Shown: positions 26,727 through 35,967 of the stretch, piece after piece
How positions within the stretch are numbered: the first letter of the stretch is position 1
How the letters are laid out: each line of letters opens with the position of its first letter
DNA from: a virus
Lineage: Duplodnaviria; Caudoviricetes
Length of the DNA stretch: 55,394 nucleotides
Reading direction: 5' to 3' (one strand)
Virus record (IMG/VR): IMGVR_UViG_3300033486_000002
Span: 1-55,394 of that record
Notes under the pieces: model-generated
What the model was told of the DNA's origin: nothing
Database searches by the model: none
What the model saw: only the letters and a program-made list of their open reading frames with translations
Made by a program: the position numbers and the translations under genes

Positions 26727-28839
26727 CCGTAGGCCGTCCGTGCGCGTGGGGCTCCCGCCTTCGACCCTGACGGGCGAGGCGTGGAAATGGGCGCGCAAGG
26801 TCAGCGAGGCGCTGAACGGCATCCCGAAGTTCTCCTACACCAGCTACGCCGACCCGAACAGTAACGTGAGCGGCGGCGCTGGCGACGTGCTCATCAATCT
26901 GGTGAGCAACGCCAGCGTGAGCCGTATGTGGATAAAGCAGACCGACACGGCGGCTACCACGGGTTGGGTAGAGTCCACGACGAGCGGTGCGGGCACCAGC
27001 GCGGTGAATAGCGTATCGGGCACGGCGAACCGGATAACGGTGAGTCCCACGACGGGCGCGTGCGTGGTGGACATCTCGTCTGGCTATGCAGGCCAAACGA
27101 GTATCACGACCCTCGGGACGATTGCGAGCGGGACGTGGCAGGGCACGAGCATCGCCACCGCGTACACGGTGGCGCAGGCAACGTCGGTGAACGGTACGGC
27201 CAATCGTATCACCGCGAGCGGTAGTTCGAGCGCCCCGGTACTGGATATCGCCTCGACGTACACGGGACAGGCGAGCATCAGCGTCGTGAGTAGCGTACAG
27301 GCGAGCATCACCACGGCGGCGAACCTCGTGGCCGTGGGCGCACTCGACTCGGGCAGCATCGTCAGCACGTTCGGCGCGATAGACATTGGGGCCGATGCGC
27401 TGACGGCGGGTTACGTCGTGTTGTCAAGCGACAATCCGGTACGGATGTCCGGTAGCGGGGCCGACGTGTATATGGCGCTCGCCTCGACGGCGGCAGGCGG
27501 GCGTCAGTACAACATCGCAACTGGCGCGACAGCGAGCGGCAATATCCCCGGTGCGGGATTCTACATCTACGACTTCACGGGAAGCGCGGTGCGTTTCGGC
27601 ATCACCGCTGCGGGTATCCCTATCCACTACGGCGCGGTGGACGGCGAGCATCTGCGGTTCGCGTACAACGCGGACGCTACCTACTACAACTACATCCACT
27701 CGACGTTCAACGGTGGGGCAGACGCCGACAACTACCTCGCCCTGTTCGTGGGTACGGCGGCGAAGGGTCACAACGAAGTCCTGCGCGTTCGGGGCGACAA
27801 GGCGACACTACTTGCGGGCGCGCTCACGCTCGGCGCTGTCGCGGGCACGGGCACGGGGGCGCTGTACTGCGGCGCGCTCACCGCGACGACGGGCCACTTC
27901 TCGGGCACGAACGCCTACAACGCGGCGACTCCGAATCTGCTCGTACACGATGACGCGAATCGCACGACGGGACTGTGGGGTAGCCACATCTGCCGGATGG
28001 ATGGGGACGTAGATGACCTCGGGGTAGGGATTAACTACCTCGGCTACAACGGTGGAACGACGCGCTTCCGCGACTTCGACGTGTTCAACGGAAAGAGCGT
28101 CAAGATTGTCGCCGTCACCGGGAGTACCGGCGCGCTGACCCTTGGCTCCGTGGCGGGCACGGGCACGGGGGCGCTGTACTGCGGTGCCCTCACCGCGACG
28201 ACGGGCCACTTCGACGGCCTGCTCACCGCTGACCTCGGGCTCACCGTCACCTCCGGACAAACCCTCACCGTCACCGGCTGCACCATCACCGGCCTCACAG
28301 CCGCCAGCGTCGGCGCGGGGACGTTCCCGGCAGGGGCGTTCACGTTCGGGGGCGACGTTACCATAAGCAAGTCGCTCACCAACGATGTTATTCGCTACAC
28401 GCTCAATGGCGGGGCGGGCTATATAGACTTTGGGCTGCTGGGGCCGTCGTACTCAACCTCCGGGGCTTTCGTTGCAGACTCTGCGGGGTTCTATACCTCG
28501 GGATTGTCGGGTGGAATCAACTTCTACACGGCCAACTCGGGCGACATCGTTTTCTGGTATGGTAGCGGAAACGGAACCGAGGGATTTCGTTTCAGCGGGA
28601 CCACGGGAGCAATTACCACGGGCCTCTCGTTGCTTGTAGGAACGTCTTTAACCGTGACGCAGGGGTTTGGATGCAACAGCAAGGCCGCACAGACAGCCTA
28701 CGCCAGCGGCGGCGCGGCACCGGCAGGCGGGACCGGCGCGACTGAGGGTGCTTACGATACGGCGGCACACCGTGACGCGCTCATAACGCTGGTCAACAAC
28801 ATTCGCGCGGCGCTCGTTGCCAACGGGATTATGTCCTGA
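26719..28839 (+). CDS. Tail fibre / receptor-binding protein
   Basis: 706 aa, G/T/A-rich; SITTLGTI.SGTWQGT motif; duplicated 27-aa hinge; helical C-terminal end. Confidence 0.75.
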   Translation: MADRRPSVRVGLPPSTLTGEAWKWARKVSEALNGIPKFSYTSYADPNSNVSGGAGDVLINLVSNASVSRMWIKQTDTAATTGWVESTTSGAGTSAVNSVSGTANRITVSPTTGACVVDISSGYAGQTSITTLGTIASGTWQGTSIATAYTVAQATSVNGTANRITASGSSSAPVLDIASTYTGQASISVVSSVQASITTAANLVAVGALDSGSIVSTFGAIDIGADALTAGYVVLSSDNPVRMSGSGADVYMALASTAAGGRQYNIATGATASGNIPGAGFYIYDFTGSAVRFGITAAGIPIHYGAVDGEHLRFAYNADATYYNYIHSTFNGGADADNYLALFVGTAAKGHNEVLRVRGDKATLLAGALTLGAVAGTGTGALYCGALTATTGHFSGTNAYNAATPNLLVHDDANRTTGLWGSHICRMDGDVDDLGVGINYLGYNGGTTRFRDFDVFNGKSVKIVAVTGSTGALTLGSVAGTGTGALYCGALTATTGHFDGLLTADLGLTVTSGQTLTVTGCTITGLTAASVGAGTFPAGAFTFGGDVTISKSLTNDVIRYTLNGGAGYIDFGLLGPSYSTSGAFVADSAGFYTSGLSGGINFYTANSGDIVFWYGSGNGTEGFRFSGTTGAITTGLSLLVGTSLTVTQGFGCNSKAAQTAYASGGAAPAGGTGATEGAYDTAAHRDALITLVNNIRAALVANGIMS

Positions 28840-29015
28840 TGCGCTGGCTATTCCTACTCTTGCTCGCCGCCTGTGCGGCGCCGACGGAACCCGACCGCTC
28901 GTGTGAGATGACGCAGGAGTTGGTGATGCGTGACGGGCGTGTGGCTTATGTGACGGCATACTACACCGTTTGTCCTGACACTACACAAGGAGACCTGACG
29001 TGGCGGAGACCGTAG
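28839..29015 (+). CDS. Small lipoprotein (58 aa)
   Basis: Hand-translated MRWLFLLLLAAC-AAPTEPDRSCEMTQELVMRDGRVAYVTAYYTVCPDTTQGDLTWRRP; lipobox LAAC; TGATG coupling to the fibre gene. Confidence 0.65.
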   Translation: MRWLFLLLLAACAAPTEPDRSCEMTQELVMRDGRVAYVTAYYTVCPDTTQGDLTWRRP

Positions 29016-29221
29016 CGGTGATGCAGCAGACGCTGGAGTTGACGCTGGCCGAGCGGCAGGCGCTCGCGCCCGTGGTGCAGGCAACGCTCATCGCGCAGCA
29101 GCGGGCGAGCGACGTGGGCGCCGGTATCCTCGCCGCACGAGGCATCACGGGGCCGCACCAGATGGAACTGTCCCAGGACCTCAAGACGATGACCATTCGA
29201 CCGGCGCCGGTCGCCGGGTAG
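29000..29221 (+). CDS. Small hypothetical protein
   Basis: AAGGAG RBS, 73 aa. Confidence 0.6.
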   Translation: MAETVAVMQQTLELTLAERQALAPVVQATLIAQQRASDVGAGILAARGITGPHQMELSQDLKTMTIRPAPVAG

Positions 29222-29237
29222 AAGGACGGGCCGAACG

Positions 29238-29462
29238 ATGACGGAGAGGCTGAACGGTTGGCTCAAGGTGATCTGCGTCGCGGTGCCGCTTCTCGTCGCG
29301 GCCTTCATAGGCTGGGGTGCGCTGAACGCCCGTGTCAGTACACTTGAGACCGCGCAGGTGGGTAAGGCGGATGCCGAGGTGGTCAATGTGCAGTACGAGG
29401 CCATCCTGCGCGAACTCAGGACGATGAACGCGCGGCTGGAACGGCTGGAGGCCCGGCGATGA
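29238..29462 (+). CDS. Single-TM membrane protein, holin/lysis-associated
   Basis: Hydrophobic VICVAVPLLVAAFIGWGAL followed by coiled coil; upstream of the endolysin. Confidence 0.6.
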   Translation: MTERLNGWLKVICVAVPLLVAAFIGWGALNARVSTLETAQVGKADAEVVNVQYEAILRELRTMNARLERLEARR

Positions 29463-29680
29463 AACTCTCCGAGGTCCCGACCACGAACCTGCGGGTCGTC
29501 GTCACCCTCGGCATCTGCATTGCCACGGCGGCGGTCTACCTCGGCTACGCCCTAGCGCGGCTGTGGTTCGTGGCCGCGAAGGCGTGGAGTCCGAGCGAGG
29601 TCTGGCTCCTGTGGCTGGCAACGATGAGCGGCATAGACGCGGCCCAGTTCTGGGCCAAACGGAAGACCCACGTACCATAG
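29459..29680 (+). CDS. Putative holin (two TM segments)
   Basis: Two hydrophobic stretches, basic C-terminus, directly before the endolysin. Confidence 0.6.
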   Translation: MKLSEVPTTNLRVVVTLGICIATAAVYLGYALARLWFVAAKAWSPSEVWLLWLATMSGIDAAQFWAKRKTHVP

Positions 29681-29689
29681 GATACCCGA

Positions 29690-30124
29690 ATGAACCTGTC
29701 GGATCATTTCGCGTTGGACGAACTCTGTCGGACGGCGCAACGGGACCGGAACGTTCCCGGCCCGGAACAGAAGAAGAACCTCCGTAGGCTCGCGCAAACG
29801 GCCCTAGAACCGCTCCGTGCCCTATGGGGGCACCCTATCAGGGTCACCAGTGGGTTCAGGTGTCCAAGGGTCAATGAGGCGGTTGGCGGCGCACCCACGA
29901 GCGCGCACCTCGACGGTCGGGCGGCGGACACCGTCCCGCTCGGACTGGCGCTGGATGCGGCATTCGAGCAGGCCCGTAAAAGTACGGTGCCCTACGACCA
30001 ACTGATTCTGGAGCCCGGCTGGGTACACGTCGCCATCGCGCGTGAGGAGCAGGCGCCGCGCCGTCAGGCGCTGGTGGCGGAGAAGGTGGCCGGGAAGATG
30101 GTGTACCGCAGGGTGGAGGGCTGA
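29690..30124 (+). CDS. Endolysin, peptidase M15A family
   Basis: LSDHF..DEL, TSGFRC..VNEAVGG...SAHLDGRAAD, WVHVA zinc ligands. Confidence 0.9.
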   Translation: MNLSDHFALDELCRTAQRDRNVPGPEQKKNLRRLAQTALEPLRALWGHPIRVTSGFRCPRVNEAVGGAPTSAHLDGRAADTVPLGLALDAAFEQARKSTVPYDQLILEPGWVHVAIAREEQAPRRQALVAEKVAGKMVYRRVEG

Positions 30125-30156
30125 CTCTTGACGCCGCCGCGTGCGCGGACTACCGT
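30125..30156 (+). promoter_or_regulatory. Conserved phage promoter copy 2 (drives the sugar-modification cluster)
   Basis: CTC-TTGACG-N17(...GCGTGCGCGGAC)-TACCGT; GTG 6 nt downstream at 30163. Confidence 0.75.
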
Positions 30157-30162
30157 GGGACG

Positions 30163-30558
30163 GTGATCGTACAGTTCGCCGCTGACGTGCCGCCGCCTTC
30201 GCGGCGCCTGATTCGCCAGACGGCGAATCGTCTCTCGCGCAAATGGGGGTTCACGGACTACGAACTCCACGTTGACCTCAAGACCGACGACAAGACAATG
30301 GCTGAGATAGAGCGCCATGTCTCCAGCCGTATCCTGAATCTCCATCTCTCCGCCAACCGCCTTGACCCCGAGATGCTGCGCCGCGACCTGTTCCACGAGT
30401 TCTGGCACGTCGCCACTTGGCGGCTCGCGGACTGGCTGGAGACCGTGCTGGCGCTGCTGAGTAAGCGCAGGCGCAGGCAGATAGAATCGGACATCCGCCG
30501 CGAGTTCGAGGCGGCGCACGAGGACGCAGTCCAACTCTGGCTCAAGGAACTGACGTGA
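30163..30558 (+). CDS. HExxH zinc-metalloprotease-like protein
   Basis: LFHEFWHV motif and a distal HE. Confidence 0.6.
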   Translation: MIVQFAADVPPPSRRLIRQTANRLSRKWGFTDYELHVDLKTDDKTMAEIERHVSSRILNLHLSANRLDPEMLRRDLFHEFWHVATWRLADWLETVLALLSKRRRRQIESDIRREFEAAHEDAVQLWLKELT

Positions 30559-31757
30559 AGTTCTCCGTCGTCATCAATACCATTGCGCTCGCCCCCGACG
30601 CCGACCGCGTGTCATCCGGTGGGCGTCCCTATGCCGAACGGGCGTGGCTCCTACGGAACGTCATCCTCCCGTGGTACGCGAGCCTCAAGGTGTTCGACCG
30701 CGTCATCGTTGCGGGCGAGTGGGAGGAGGGACCGCACCATACCTACGTTCCCTGCCCGCAGGTGCGCCACGACGTAAGCGATGCCCTCGCCGCGCGTGAT
30801 GCCGGGGTGGCCGCGCTCGCCGACGGCGCCGATGAGGACTGGGTCCTGTTCCAGCACGACGACCACTTGTGGTCGCCCGCCAACCCCGACCCCCGCGACC
30901 TGCCCGCCGACCAAGCAGTCATCTCGCCCTCGCGGCTCTGCCGCTCGCGCAATCCGCTTGGCGAGGCGCTGAACGACGGCCACGAGGGCGGTTACATCAA
31001 TGGGCACGCGGTCCTGATGCGCCTCGGCGCAGTACGCAAGGTGCCGTGGGTCACCGCCGCTCCGGTGTTCACCTGGGACAAGGAGTACACCAGGGCACTG
31101 CGCGCGGCGGGGTACGCCCCGGCCTACACGCGCGACCTCGTGGTCTGGGACATGGAACGCGACGCGCAGCCGTGGGAACAATCGTTCCCATACAACTACC
31201 TGCGAGCCGCCGACCACGGGGCGCTGGAGTCCTACCGTTCGGGTAGTACGGAGCCGTGGACGGCGGACGTGGTGGTCGCCATCGCCCGTGCGATCCACGC
31301 CAGCGTCGTCGTGGAGACCGGCACATTCGAGGGCAAGACTACGATGGCCCTCTGGGACGGGATGCGGGACCAGAACAACCTCTGCGAACTCCACACCGTC
31401 GAAAGCGACAAGACGCGCCTGCACGCCGCCCATGCCGCTATCGGGGCGCACATGGAGGCGCATCCCGGCTCTTCGCAGTGCGTGGTCGCCTGCCACGGGA
31501 TGGATGCACTGGAGTACCTGACGGGACTACCAGAGGGGCAGGCGGACCTCGTCTTCGTTGACGACGACCACGGCAAACAGCACGTCCGGCGCGAGGTGGT
31601 CGCCGCCTTGCGGGCCTTGCGCCCGCGCGGCGTACTCTGTCTGCACGATGTCTGCGGCAGCTTCGACCTCGCGGCGGTCGTGCGTGAGCACGGCGGCGTG
31701 GTACTGGACTTCCCGCGTCTCCACACATCTGGCGGTCTCGGGGTAATCGTCAAATGA
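30555..31757 (+). CDS. GT-A-like domain fused to a class I SAM methyltransferase
   Basis: N-terminal FSVVINT...ARDAG...WVLFQHDD; C-terminal VETGTFEG, DLVFVDDDH, LRPRGVLCLHD. Confidence 0.8.
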   Translation: MKFSVVINTIALAPDADRVSSGGRPYAERAWLLRNVILPWYASLKVFDRVIVAGEWEEGPHHTYVPCPQVRHDVSDALAARDAGVAALADGADEDWVLFQHDDHLWSPANPDPRDLPADQAVISPSRLCRSRNPLGEALNDGHEGGYINGHAVLMRLGAVRKVPWVTAAPVFTWDKEYTRALRAAGYAPAYTRDLVVWDMERDAQPWEQSFPYNYLRAADHGALESYRSGSTEPWTADVVVAIARAIHASVVVETGTFEGKTTMALWDGMRDQNNLCELHTVESDKTRLHAAHAAIGAHMEAHPGSSQCVVACHGMDALEYLTGLPEGQADLVFVDDDHGKQHVRREVVAALRALRPRGVLCLHDVCGSFDLAAVVREHGGVVLDFPRLHTSGGLGVIVK

Positions 31758-32419
31758 GCTTCAACTGCGTGCTCTGCACCATCGCACTCGGCGCCGACGG
31801 ACGCGAGGTCAAGAAGTCGTTCCAAGGGCTCCCCATCGTCGGGGCGCCGTATGGGATGCGGGGTTGGGTACTGCGTACGCTCATCCTCCCGTGGCTCGGC
31901 AGTATGGGCGTGTTCGAGCAAATCGTGGTATCGGGCGAGTGGGAGGACGGCCCTCACTACAAATACGTTCCGGTCCCGCCCGTGTACCACAACATCGGCG
32001 ACCTCTTTATCCAGCGACAGGCGGCGTTCGATGCCCTCGCGGGTACGGACCCCAACGACTGGGTGCTGTACCTGAACGATGACACCATTTGGGACGCCGC
32101 GAATCGTGTGCCCTCGCCGCTGGAGAGTGCAGGCGTGCTGTCGCCCTCGCGGTGGACGCGGGGCCGCTACCCGAGGGGCGAGCGGCTGAACGACGGGAGC
32201 CGTGCCCGCTCACCGTGGAACGACGACGACTACGTGAACCTCCACGGGGTGTTAGTCAAGCGCGGGGTCACCAAGCGCCTGCCGTGGACGACGTTGCCGC
32301 CGGTACCGCAGATGGACGTGGCGCTCACGACCGCGCTACGGGATGCCGACATCCCGTGGCGGTACGCGCCGGACCTCCGGGTGTGGGACGTGGAAATCTT
32401 CGGGGAGCCGTGGAAATGA
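31754..32419 (+). CDS. Stand-alone paralog of the GT-A-like domain of the preceding gene
   Basis: Shared ILPW, GEWE.GPH..YVP, WVL...DD..W, GE.LNDG, VWD(M/V)E...PW. Confidence 0.75.
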   Translation: MSFNCVLCTIALGADGREVKKSFQGLPIVGAPYGMRGWVLRTLILPWLGSMGVFEQIVVSGEWEDGPHYKYVPVPPVYHNIGDLFIQRQAAFDALAGTDPNDWVLYLNDDTIWDAANRVPSPLESAGVLSPSRWTRGRYPRGERLNDGSRARSPWNDDDYVNLHGVLVKRGVTKRLPWTTLPPVPQMDVALTTALRDADIPWRYAPDLRVWDVEIFGEPWK

Positions 32420-33336
32420 CCGTACTCCTTACTGGTGCGGCGGGATTCATCGGCAAGTACGTCGCGTTCAAGCTCGCGGAATCCGGTGTGCCCATCATCG
32501 GGCTGGATTCCCTTGAGCCACGGGTACACCGGACGCCGCCCGTCATCCCGCTCGGCGTGGAGTTCCACGTCGGCCACGTCGGTATCTGCCCGCTGGACCT
32601 CATCGAACGCTCGGATGTGGTGATCCATCTCGCCGCGCAGGTGGGTGTGGCCGATAGTATGACCGACCCCCTGCGCTACGTCGTCCAGAACACGATGGAG
32701 ACCGCGCAGTTTCTCGCCCTATTGGAGAAGGCGGCCACCGTCAAGCGTATCGTCGTTGCGAGCAGTATGAGCGTCTACGGCGAGGGCGGGCTGGACGTGC
32801 GGGAGAGCGAGCCCTGCGTGCCGCAGAGCGTCTACGGCCAGACGAAGTACGACCAGGAGCGGCTGGTGCGTATGTGGGGCGAACAGCACAAGGTCCCCGC
32901 CGTCGCGCTCCGGTTCTTCAACGTCTACGGGCCGGGACAGGCGCTCCACAACCCGTACACGGGTGTACTCGCCAACTTCGCCAACCGCCTGCTGCACGAC
33001 GAGTCGCCCATCATCTACGAGGACGGACTCCAGATACGGGACTGGATTTACGCCGACGACGTTGCGGACGCCGTGTGCATCGCCGCAATGGAGGACACGC
33101 CCGCCCGTACGTACAACATCTCGACCGGCAGACAGACGACCCTGTTGGACGCCGCGCGGATGCTGACGGAAGCGATGGGCAAGCACCTCACGCCAATCGT
33201 TACAGGCACCAAGCGGCCCGGTGACGTGCGCCATTGCTCCGGCGATCCCAAACTCGCGTACTACAAGCTCCGGTGGGCGGCGAAGACGCCGCTAGAGGAA
33301 GGGCTGAAGGCGTATGCCGATTCTCTGCCCAAGTGA
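32416..33336 (+). CDS. NAD-dependent nucleotide-sugar epimerase/dehydratase 1
   Basis: TGAAGFIG, HLAAQVGV, SSMSVYG, YGQTK, LRFFNVYGPGQ. Confidence 0.92.
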   Translation: MTVLLTGAAGFIGKYVAFKLAESGVPIIGLDSLEPRVHRTPPVIPLGVEFHVGHVGICPLDLIERSDVVIHLAAQVGVADSMTDPLRYVVQNTMETAQFLALLEKAATVKRIVVASSMSVYGEGGLDVRESEPCVPQSVYGQTKYDQERLVRMWGEQHKVPAVALRFFNVYGPGQALHNPYTGVLANFANRLLHDESPIIYEDGLQIRDWIYADDVADAVCIAAMEDTPARTYNISTGRQTTLLDAARMLTEAMGKHLTPIVTGTKRPGDVRHCSGDPKLAYYKLRWAAKTPLEEGLKAYADSLPK

Positions 33337-34294
33337 ACTGAAGGGCGCTCGCGTCTTCATTACCGGCGGCGCGGGGTTCCTCGCCGCGAACGTGGTCGAG
33401 GCGCTGGTCGAAGACTGCGAGATCGTCGCGCTCGACAATCTGCGCCGCAACTCCGCAGCCTACGCACCGTGGCGCAACCACCGGCACTACGACCTCGTTC
33501 ACGGCGATGTGCTGGATGTGGGGACCGTACGTATCTGCGCGCTGGGCGCGGACTACATACTCCACATGGCGGCTATCGCCGGACTCCCGACCGTGGTCTT
33601 CAACCCTGGACTGGTGTTGCGGACCAACATGGTCGGCACGATGAACGTGCTGGATGCCGTACGGCGCGAGGCGCCGAAGTGTCGGCGGTTCATCGACTTC
33701 TCCACGAGCGAAGTCTACGGGCCGATGGTGTTCCGCGCCCACGAGGACGGGATGACCAGCGTCGGGAGCCTGTACGAGCCGCGCTGGTTCTACGCCGTGA
33801 GCAAACTCGCCAGCGAGTTCCTGACCCGCGCCGCGTACGTGGAGGGTGCGCTACCGACGCTCAGTATCCGCCCGTTCAATATCTACGGCCCCTACCAGAC
33901 CGGCGAGGGGTGCGTACGCAACTTCGTCACGGCGGCGCGGACGGGGCGCCCGCTGGTGGTCCACGGCCACGGGGACCAGATACGCTCATGGTGTTACGTG
34001 GACGACATGACCCGCGCGATCCTCGCTGCGATGACGCACCCGGATGCCGTGGGCCACGTGTTCAACGTCGGCAACCCGCGCGCCACCACGAGTACGCTGG
34101 AACTGGCGAATGCCGTCATCCGTCTCACGGGTTCGACCTCGAAAATTGAGTACCAGGAGATCGAATATCCAGACGTGGAGGTTCGTGTCCCGAGCATCAA
34201 GGCGGCCACCGAACACCTGGGGTTTCACCCGCTGGTGAATCTGGAGGACGGACTGAAACAGACCATCGCGTGGTGGGAGGGAAAGGATGTATAA
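33314..34294 (+). CDS. NAD-dependent nucleotide-sugar epimerase/dehydratase/decarboxylase 2
   Basis: TGGAGFL, STSEVYG, PRWFYAVSK, IRPFNIYGP, FNVGNP (UDP-GlcA decarboxylase/ArnA-like pattern). Confidence 0.92.
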   Translation: MPILCPSELKGARVFITGGAGFLAANVVEALVEDCEIVALDNLRRNSAAYAPWRNHRHYDLVHGDVLDVGTVRICALGADYILHMAAIAGLPTVVFNPGLVLRTNMVGTMNVLDAVRREAPKCRRFIDFSTSEVYGPMVFRAHEDGMTSVGSLYEPRWFYAVSKLASEFLTRAAYVEGALPTLSIRPFNIYGPYQTGEGCVRNFVTAARTGRPLVVHGHGDQIRSWCYVDDMTRAILAAMTHPDAVGHVFNVGNPRATTSTLELANAVIRLTGSTSKIEYQEIEYPDVEVRVPSIKAATEHLGFHPLVNLEDGLKQTIAWWEGKDV

Positions 34295-35012
34295 GCAACT
34301 GTTCTTCGACCGCGACCGATTCCTCGCGTTCATCCGCACCCTGCCGGACACAGGACACACCCAGAACCAGGTGTTCCACGTCCCCGAGCCCGTGGCGATA
34401 ATGACGCACGACGACCACTTCGACGCCGAGATGTTCGACTGGGAGCGGGCGCACGGCTACGAGGCGACGTGGTTCCTGCTGAGTGACGAGATCGGCTGGC
34501 TCGGCAAGGCGCTGGCGTGTAACGCCGACATCCAGCTTCACCAGAGTATGGAGCGACCGGACCACATCATCGACCAGATAGGCGAGTTCGTCGGCAAGGT
34601 CGGCAAGCCGCCGACCGCCAACCGCAACCACCGCGCCTTCGTCCGCGCGCCGCATCTCGACCTCACCAACCTGTCGATGAACGGCATCAGGGTCGATTCG
34701 ACGCTCCAGTACGGGCACGACCCCTACAGGATATGCGTGCAGGGGCGGCTCGTCCCCTGCTGGGAACTCCCGTTCCAAGTGGTGGACGTGGGGTTCGTGG
34801 ACGCCACACAATATTGCCATCCAGTCTACAACCTTGCGCCTATGGAGACGCTGTTCGAGAAGGAGCGCACGCCCATCGTGGGCCTGTTCCACCCCTATCT
34901 CAAGGCGCATACCCGCTGGCAGGACTTCTTCGCCTTGGCGGAGAAGTACGACTACACGGTGATGACGGTGAGCCAGTTCTACGAGAAGTATCTCAGGGGG
35001 GCGCCGTGCTGA
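34287..35012 (+). CDS. Polysaccharide-deacetylase-like protein
   Basis: IMTHDDH, ATWFL, IQLH, RNH, DST, LFHP as in carbohydrate-esterase-4-like/WbmS-like proteins. Confidence 0.65.
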   Translation: MYKQLFFDRDRFLAFIRTLPDTGHTQNQVFHVPEPVAIMTHDDHFDAEMFDWERAHGYEATWFLLSDEIGWLGKALACNADIQLHQSMERPDHIIDQIGEFVGKVGKPPTANRNHRAFVRAPHLDLTNLSMNGIRVDSTLQYGHDPYRICVQGRLVPCWELPFQVVDVGFVDATQYCHPVYNLAPMETLFEKERTPIVGLFHPYLKAHTRWQDFFALAEKYDYTVMTVSQFYEKYLRGAPC

Positions 35013-35722
35013 ACTGGCGCGAGAGCCCGTGGGACGCGGCGGTACTCGGCTACCCCACGAACGAACTGCTGTGTTTCGCGGGCGCGGCGGACCTCACGGA
35101 GTTCGAGGAGGAGTGCCGCGCTAGGGGCGTGGGGTTCACGTCCTGCCGTCTCGACGCGGGCGACTTCGACCGGCACCAACTCCTGCGTGACGCGGGTTAC
35201 GTGCAGGTGGGCACCTATCTCGACGTGGAACTCCCGCGCAAGAAGGCCGACGCCCGCGTGACGGAGGCGGTACTACCGAACGGGATGTGGCTCCGGGACG
35301 GGTGGCCGACGTGGGGTTCATGGGACACCGATATCCCGATCATCCGCGACATGGTGCGGGACTACGAGTTCGGCCCGTTCTTTGACGACCACCGCATCCC
35401 CCGTGAGGCCGCGCACCGGCGGATGATGAACCGCGTGGTGGCGCTTTTCGAGGAGATGCCGGTGCTGGTATGCACCGACGGCGTCGGCGTCGTGGCGTGG
35501 ATGGCCGTGCGTGGAGGCCGCGAACTCGTGCTCGGCGGCGTGAGCCGCGCCATCCGTGGGCGCGTGTTCTGGGCGGCCATCACGCGGCGGCTGTTCGAGC
35601 GCGGCGCGGACTACGTGTGGGCACCCATCAGCGCCACGAACCTCGGCGTGATGAACGTATACGCCGCCCTAGGGTTCCGATTCACGGGTTGCCAGTTACA
35701 GTTCCACCGTCACCGCCGTTAG
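35006..35722 (+). CDS. GNAT acetyltransferase, WecD (TDP-fucosamine acetyltransferase)-like
   Basis: PWD...G start, F.DD.RIP, ISATN....VY..LGF C-terminal GNAT motif; GTG 35006. Confidence 0.7.
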   Translation: MLNWRESPWDAAVLGYPTNELLCFAGAADLTEFEEECRARGVGFTSCRLDAGDFDRHQLLRDAGYVQVGTYLDVELPRKKADARVTEAVLPNGMWLRDGWPTWGSWDTDIPIIRDMVRDYEFGPFFDDHRIPREAAHRRMMNRVVALFEEMPVLVCTDGVGVVAWMAVRGGRELVLGGVSRAIRGRVFWAAITRRLFERGADYVWAPISATNLGVMNVYAALGFRFTGCQLQFHRHRR

Positions 35723-35730
35723 GGGGACCG

Positions 35731-35967
35731 ATGCCGACCCAAGAGGAGTTGGCGGGCGTACTGTGGGCCACCGCGCTCGACCGTGTGGCGATGGTGACAC
35801 ACGACGAGGAAGCGGATGCCATCATCACATACTCAACCGGAAGGTATGCCGGTTCGCCTTTCAACCGGGAGGCGTTGCGTGATGCGCTCCAACGCACGGC
35901 GCACGAGCGCCACGGACAGGAATATGGGGCGCAGGCGAAGATGCTGCTGGAGGCGATGGCGCCGTGA
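35731..35967 (+). CDS. Small hypothetical protein (MPTQEEL...)
   Basis: AGGGGGA RBS; GTGA coupling to the next gene. Confidence 0.55.
   Translation: MPTQEELAGVLWATALDRVAMVTHDEEADAIITYSTGRYAGSPFNREALRDALQRTAHERHGQEYGAQAKMLLEAMAP

Noticed and set aside
14464-28839. Diversity-generating retroelement TR/VR pair among the fibre repeats
   Set aside because: No reverse transcriptase seen; the repeat differences I inspected are mostly synonymous, not adenine-specific.
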